Assembly: GCA_012727685.1 (NCBI GenBank)
Contig: JAAYGO010000143.1
Location: 1-62,777, forward strand
DNA length: 62,777 nt
DNA from: Bacillota bacterium
GTDB taxonomy: Bacteria > Bacillota > Dethiobacteria > DTU022
Reading direction: 5' to 3'
Within the stretch, counting starts at the first letter, position 1. Each line of letters opens with the position of its first letter. Shown here piece after piece: positions 57,695-62,777 of the stretch. A program made the position numbers and the translations under genes. A model generated the notes under the pieces. It worked only from the letters and a program-made list of their open reading frames with translations. It had not been told where the DNA came from and made no database searches.

Positions 57695-59401
57695 ATGCAT
57701 ACATATAAAGAAGAAATTGGCAGCATATTGCAGTCTTTGGTTGAGCTGGAACCGGCCAGGGTGGTTGAACTATTGGAGACTCCCCCCGACCCCGGCATGG
57801 GAGACCTGGCGTTCCCCTGTTATGTGCTGGCCCAGCGGTGGAAACAGCCCCCTGCCGCCATCGCCGCCAGGCTGGCCCGGGATCTTTCCGGGAAAAGGGG
57901 CCGGTTTTGGGAGAAGGCTGAAGCCAGGGGCCCCTATCTAAACTTCCATCTGGACGCGGCCGCCTTCGGCCGGGAAGTTCTGGAGCAGATTTCCGCTGCG
58001 GGAGAACGCTACGGCTGGAGTGAAAGCGGCCGGGGGAAAACCGTTGTCATCGACTATTCGTCGCCCAATATTGCCAAGCCCTTTGGGATCGGCCATCTTC
58101 GCTCCACCGTGATTGGACATTCGCTCTACCTCATTTTCCAGGCGCTGGGCTACCGCTGTATCGGGATCAATCACCTCGGCGACTGGGGAACCCAGTTCGG
58201 CAAGTTAATTGTGGCGTATGAACACTGGGGCAACGAGGCGGAGCTGCTGGCTGATCCGGTCAACTATCTTTTTGAGCTTTATGTCCGCTTTCACCGGAGC
58301 GCCGAGGAAGAGCCCGCCCTTGAAGACGAGGCGCGCGCCTGGTTTAAACGGCTGGAGGAGGGCGACCCGCAGGCTGTCGACTACTGGACCAGGTTCCGGA
58401 GCCTCAGCCTGGAAAATTATGAAAGCATCTATGATCTGCTGGGGATCAAATTTGAATATTACCATGGCGAAAGCCATTACAACGATCGCCTCACCGGCGT
58501 CATTCGCCTGGTGCGCGAAAAGGGGATCGCCGTCGAAAGCGAAGGGGCGCTGATCGTAGATCTGGAGAAGTACGGCCTGCCGCCGGTCATGCTTCAGAAA
58601 AAGGATGGCGCCACCCTTTATCTCACCCGTGACCTGGCTGCAGCCATCTACCGCTATGAGACTTTTCATTTTGACCGGGCCTTGTACGTGGTCGGTGCGG
58701 AGCAAAAACTACACTTCCAGCAACTGTTCAAGGTGCTGGAGCTGCTCGGCTTTGACTGGGCCCGCAACTGCGTGCACGTCCCCTTTGGCTTGATCCATTT
58801 TAAGGAAGGACGCATGTCTACGCGCGAGGGCAAGATCATCTTCCTGGAAGAGGTCCTCCAGAAGGCCATTAAAATGGCGCGCGAGATTATCGAGGAAAAG
58901 AATCCGGGCCTGGCCGACAAGGATGCCGCCGCCCGGATCGTGGGCCTGGGGGCGGTCCGCTTCGGCGATTTAAGCAATGATCGGATCAAGGATGTTGAAT
59001 TCGATTGGGACAAGGTTCTTGATTTCTCCGGCGAGACGGCGGCCTACATTCAATATGCCCATGCCCGCATCTGCAGCATTCTGCGCAAGGCCGGAGGCGT
59101 TAAGGCGGAATGGGCTATCGGGGCTACAGCTTTACAGGCTGAAGAGGAAAAGGCGCTGATTAAAACCCTGGCCTTGTTTCCGGAGAAAATCGAGGCAGCC
59201 GCCGAAAGCTACCGCCCATCTACAATAGCACGCTACCTGATTGACGTGGCCCGGGATTTTAACCGCTTTTACCACAACTGCCCGGTGTTAAACAGCGATC
59301 CCGCCCTGCAGCAGGCACGGCTGCTGCTCATCGACGCCGTGCGCCTGGTCCTGGTAAACGGGATGGGATTGCTGGGGATCGAGTCTCCGGAGGAAATGTG
59401 A
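57695..59401 (+). CDS. argS: arginine--tRNA ligase
   Basis: Class I HIGH-type motif SSPNIAKPFGIGHLRS, an MSTREG (KMSKS-like) motif and a DALR anticodon-binding tail. ATG 57695 follows AAGAAGAGG. The track's 48-aa extension overlaps the upstream gene and is rejected. Confidence 0.95.
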   Translation: MHTYKEEIGSILQSLVELEPARVVELLETPPDPGMGDLAFPCYVLAQRWKQPPAAIAARLARDLSGKRGRFWEKAEARGPYLNFHLDAAAFGREVLEQISAAGERYGWSESGRGKTVVIDYSSPNIAKPFGIGHLRSTVIGHSLYLIFQALGYRCIGINHLGDWGTQFGKLIVAYEHWGNEAELLADPVNYLFELYVRFHRSAEEEPALEDEARAWFKRLEEGDPQAVDYWTRFRSLSLENYESIYDLLGIKFEYYHGESHYNDRLTGVIRLVREKGIAVESEGALIVDLEKYGLPPVMLQKKDGATLYLTRDLAAAIYRYETFHFDRALYVVGAEQKLHFQQLFKVLELLGFDWARNCVHVPFGLIHFKEGRMSTREGKIIFLEEVLQKAIKMAREIIEEKNPGLADKDAAARIVGLGAVRFGDLSNDRIKDVEFDWDKVLDFSGETAAYIQYAHARICSILRKAGGVKAEWAIGATALQAEEEKALIKTLALFPEKIEAAAESYRPSTIARYLIDVARDFNRFYHNCPVLNSDPALQQARLLLIDAVRLVLVNGMGLLGIESPEEM

Positions 59402-59446
59402 GCGCGGCTACAACTGATTAATAAACAGCCTGCGGTGGAGGTATAG

Positions 59447-60724
<1,278 letters not shown>

Positions 60725-60799
60725 GGCTGCGCCGTGGATAGGGTGAAAATGCCCGGGCAGTTCCCCTCTCGGTGGCCGGGAAACGAGGCCTTTCGTTCG

Positions 60800-60828
60800 T
60801 TGACAACGGCAGGGCTGTTTGTTATACT
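60800..60828 (+). promoter_or_regulatory. sigma-A promoter of the tRNA cluster
   Basis: TTGACA (60800-60805), a 17 nt spacer, then TATACT (60823-60828), 18 nt before the first tRNA. Confidence 0.55.
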
Positions 60829-60846
60829 TAATCATGCACCGCTTGA

Positions 60847-60933
60847 GGAGGGGTGTCCGAGCGGTTTAAGGAGCCGGTCTTGAAAACCGGTGACCCGAAA
60901 GGGCCGTGGGTTCGAATCCCACCCCCTCCGCCA
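60847..60933 (+). tRNA. tRNA-Ser (anticodon UGA), class II with long variable arm, encoded CCA
   Basis: Acceptor GGAGGGG/CCCCTCC. Anticodon stem CCGGT/ACCGG with loop CTTGAAA. T arm GTGGG-TTCGAAT-CCCAC. Discriminator G followed by CCA. Confidence 0.9.
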
Positions 60934-60945
60934 GGAAAGGCACAC

Positions 60946-61039
60946 GGAGAGATGGCCGAGAGGTCGAAGGCGGTCGCCTGCTAAGCGAATAAGTGGGTAA
61001 CAGCCTGCTTCGAGGGTTCGAATCCCTCTCTCTCCGCCA
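60946..61039 (+). tRNA. tRNA-Ser (anticodon GCU), class II, encoded CCA
   Basis: Acceptor GGAGAGA/TCTCTCC. Anticodon loop CTGCTAA. Long variable arm. T arm GAGGG-TTCGAAT-CCCTC. Ends GCCA. Confidence 0.88.
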
Positions 61040-61042
61040 CGC

Positions 61043-61120
61043 GCGCCCGTAGCTCAGTCCGGATAGAGTAACTGACTACGAATCAGGAGGCCGCAGGTTC
61101 AAATCCTGCCGGGCGCACCA
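61043..61120 (+). tRNA. tRNA-Arg (anticodon ACG), encoded CCA
   Basis: Acceptor GCGCCCG/CGGGCGC. Anticodon loop CTACGAA. T arm GCAGG-TTCAAAT-CCTGC. Ends ACCA. Confidence 0.9.
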
Positions 61121-61150
61121 CAAAAAACCTAATAAAGGTTTTAAAGGTTT

Positions 61151-61179
61151 ATGGCCGCTTTGAAAGGCGGTCATTTTTT
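61151..61179 (+). terminator. Rho-independent terminator of the tRNA cluster
   Basis: ATGGCCGC-TTTGAAAG-GCGGTCAT forms an 8-bp stem that runs into TTTTTT. Confidence 0.6.
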
Positions 61180-61233
61180 ATATGGAGTTATTGGTAAATT
61201 TATGCTATATTATTATAAAAAATCGGGAAAAAG

Positions 61234-61268
61234 TATAATAACAAACTGCTTTGCTCATTGTTATTATA
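61234..61268 (+). promoter_or_regulatory. 11-bp perfect inverted repeat upstream of fic (candidate operator)
   Basis: TATAATAACAA (61234-61244) and TTGTTATTATA (61258-61268) are separated by 13 nt, about 55 nt upstream of the fic start. The arms contain TATAAT-like hexamers. Confidence 0.35.
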
Positions 61269-61321
61269 GTCAAAGATAATATAGCAGGAAAATAATGGTA
61301 TAGATGGGAGGCCTATTAAAA

Positions 61322-62464
61322 ATGACTCGTGCAGGAAAATACGTTCAACAACCGGGAGGTTATAAAGCATTTATACCTAATAATCTTCCACCAGATCCAC
61401 CTATCACTTATGATGGTGAATTATCAATTTTGCTTGAAGAAGCCAGCCTTGCATTGGGTGAATTGAAAGGGCTCGCTGAAATAATACCCAACCCAAATTT
61501 TTTTATTACCATGTATGTACGAAAAGAAGCTTTACTAAGTTCGCAGATTGAGGGAACCCAGGCCTCGCTGGTAGATTTAATTGATGCGGAAACGAAAAAA
61601 GATTATGCCATACCAGCCGAGATTCGAGAAGTAAGAAATTATATCGAGGCATTGTATTTTGGTTTAGAGCGGGTCAAAGAATTGCCAGTTTCTTTGAGGC
61701 TATTAAAAGAAATCCATAAGATTTTACTTAAAGATGTGCGTGGCAGCACCCGTAATCCCGGAGAGTTCCGCACAGTACAAAACTGGATCGGGGCAATGGG
61801 TACGGATATTAACGATGCTGATTTTGTTCCACCACCAGTACCGGAAATGAAGCAGGCTCTCTACGATTTTGAGCTTTATTACCATAATGGGAAAAATGAA
61901 CCACCTTTAATAAAATGCGGTTTATTGCACGCTCAGTTTGAAACAATTCACCCGTTTCAAGATGGTAATGGAAGAATTGGAAGGTTGTTAATTACCTTTT
62001 TCCTTTGTGAACAGGGTATTTTGCCTAAGCCCCTGCTTTATCTTAGCTATTATTTTAAAAAGAATCGGCTGCGATATTATGAAATGTTGATGAATGTCCG
62101 TGATCATGGTGATTGGGAAGGATGGTTAAAGTTTTTTTTAAGAGGTATTACAGAAGTGTCGCGCCAAGCCGTGAATACGGCAAAACAGATATTGACCCTG
62201 ATGGATCAACATCGAAGTATGATTATTCAGCGTCTGAATACGACGAATGCACTGGCCTTATATGATTTACTATTGGTGATGCCAATTGTAAAAGTAAGAT
62301 ATGTCCAAGATAAATTGAATGTCACTTATGCAACCGCTAATAAATTGGTTGGACAATTTGTCGATTTAGGCCTTCTGCGACCCCGGGAAGATGCAAAGAG
62401 AGACCGGACCTTTGTCTATTCCGATTACCTGAAAATACATCAGAAAGGAACCGAACCTTTGTGA
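61322..62464 (+). CDS. Fic family protein (Fic_N/DUF4172 + Fic core + C-terminal winged helix), class II autoinhibited type
   Basis: Fic motif HPFQDGNGRIGR (61949-61984). Inhibitory-helix motif SSQIEG, which fits [S/T]xxxE[G/N] (61538-61555). The N-terminal GKYVQQPGGYKAFIPNNLPP is typical of DUF4172. ATG 61322 follows GGGAGG. Confidence 0.9.
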   Translation: MTRAGKYVQQPGGYKAFIPNNLPPDPPITYDGELSILLEEASLALGELKGLAEIIPNPNFFITMYVRKEALLSSQIEGTQASLVDLIDAETKKDYAIPAEIREVRNYIEALYFGLERVKELPVSLRLLKEIHKILLKDVRGSTRNPGEFRTVQNWIGAMGTDINDADFVPPPVPEMKQALYDFELYYHNGKNEPPLIKCGLLHAQFETIHPFQDGNGRIGRLLITFFLCEQGILPKPLLYLSYYFKKNRLRYYEMLMNVRDHGDWEGWLKFFLRGITEVSRQAVNTAKQILTLMDQHRSMIIQRLNTTNALALYDLLLVMPIVKVRYVQDKLNVTYATANKLVGQFVDLGLLRPREDAKRDRTFVYSDYLKIHQKGTEPL

Positions 62465-62554
62465 TCATGGCAACCGGCCATAGCAGGAACCTTGTGTTTT
62501 TTGTCAAATAATTGGAAACAGGGACTAAATTGCTGAATATAAAAGGAGATGTAT

Positions 62555-62777
62555 ATGAGTCAGAACGGCAATAATCATATCGAGTCCCGCCTCTGGAGCG
62601 CCGCCGATGAGCTGCGGGCCAATTCAAAGCTGAAGTCGTCAGAATACTCTGTCCCCGTCCTGGGCTTGATTTTCCTGCGCTATGCGGACTACAAGTTCTC
62701 CCTTGCCGAGAAGGAACTAACCGGCAAACAAACCGGCCGCCGCACAATCGGTCCGGCCGACTACCATGCCCGGGGCG
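62555..62777 (+). CDS. hsdM: type I restriction-modification methyltransferase subunit HsdM, N-terminal fragment (continues beyond window)
   Basis: My own translation gives [48 protein letters not shown]..., a classic HsdM_N signature (LW.AAD.LR...EY...vLgLiFLrY). RBS AAAGGAG. It is open to the window end and therefore absent from the ORF track. Confidence 0.85.
   Translation, partial: MSQNGNNHIESRLWSAADELRANSKLKSSEYSVPVLGLIFLRYADYKFSLAEKELTGKQTGRRTIGPADYHARG

Noticed and set aside
61121-61321. Searched for an integrase, att direct repeat or IS remnants next to tRNA-Arg
   Set aside because: Only a terminator, AT-rich DNA and an inverted repeat are visible. No recombinase ORF or repeat of the tRNA 3' end lies within the window, so mobility of the fic/hsdM segment cannot be claimed.

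Overview
This window is the chromosomal replication-origin region of a Gram-positive, probably endospore-forming Firmicute. Gene content is Clostridia-like (yyaC, jag/yidC, GerMN, noc-parA-parB, WalRK-YycHI). oriC is bipartite, with DnaA-box clusters on both sides of dnaA at about 28.6-30.4 kb. It coincides with an almost complete strand switch. Genes left of it run on the minus strand: rpmH-rnpA-yidD-yidC-jag-mnmE-rsmG-noc-parA-parB, then DUF4446, M23 peptidase, bactofilin, adk, DUF951, rpsF-ssb-rpsR, rplI, Lon-like protease, dnaB, walR-walK-yycH-yycI-murA and an HtrA-like protease. Genes right of it run on the plus strand: dnaA-dnaN-recF-DUF721-remB-gyrB-gyrA, an FAD-type lipoprotein, a biotin-domain-less carboxyltransferase, a T-box-controlled ilvE-ilvD-ilvB-ilvN-leuC-leuD cluster, an EF-G paralogue, a FemAB-family gene, ddl, a second Wal-like two-component pair with a beta-propeller/GerMN protein, argS-serS, and tRNA-Ser, tRNA-Ser, tRNA-Arg. 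Directly after tRNA-Arg an accessory segment begins: an AT-rich fic gene and the 5' end of a type I R-M hsdM, cut off by the window edge. I found no CRISPR array, IS element, integrase, rRNA or prophage. Most long antisense ORFs in the track are shadow ORFs of GC-rich genes. Several track ORFs have spurious 5' extensions, which I corrected from RBS and neighbour evidence. I do not see a convincing, complete novel multi-gene system. The best leads are the Wal-like RR/HK plus propeller-2xGerMN module, an EF-G paralogue with its catalytic switch-II His replaced by Tyr, the tRNA-Arg-linked Fic/type I R-M island edge, and an AT-rich compositional trough of about 8 kb centred on oriC that covers core genes.
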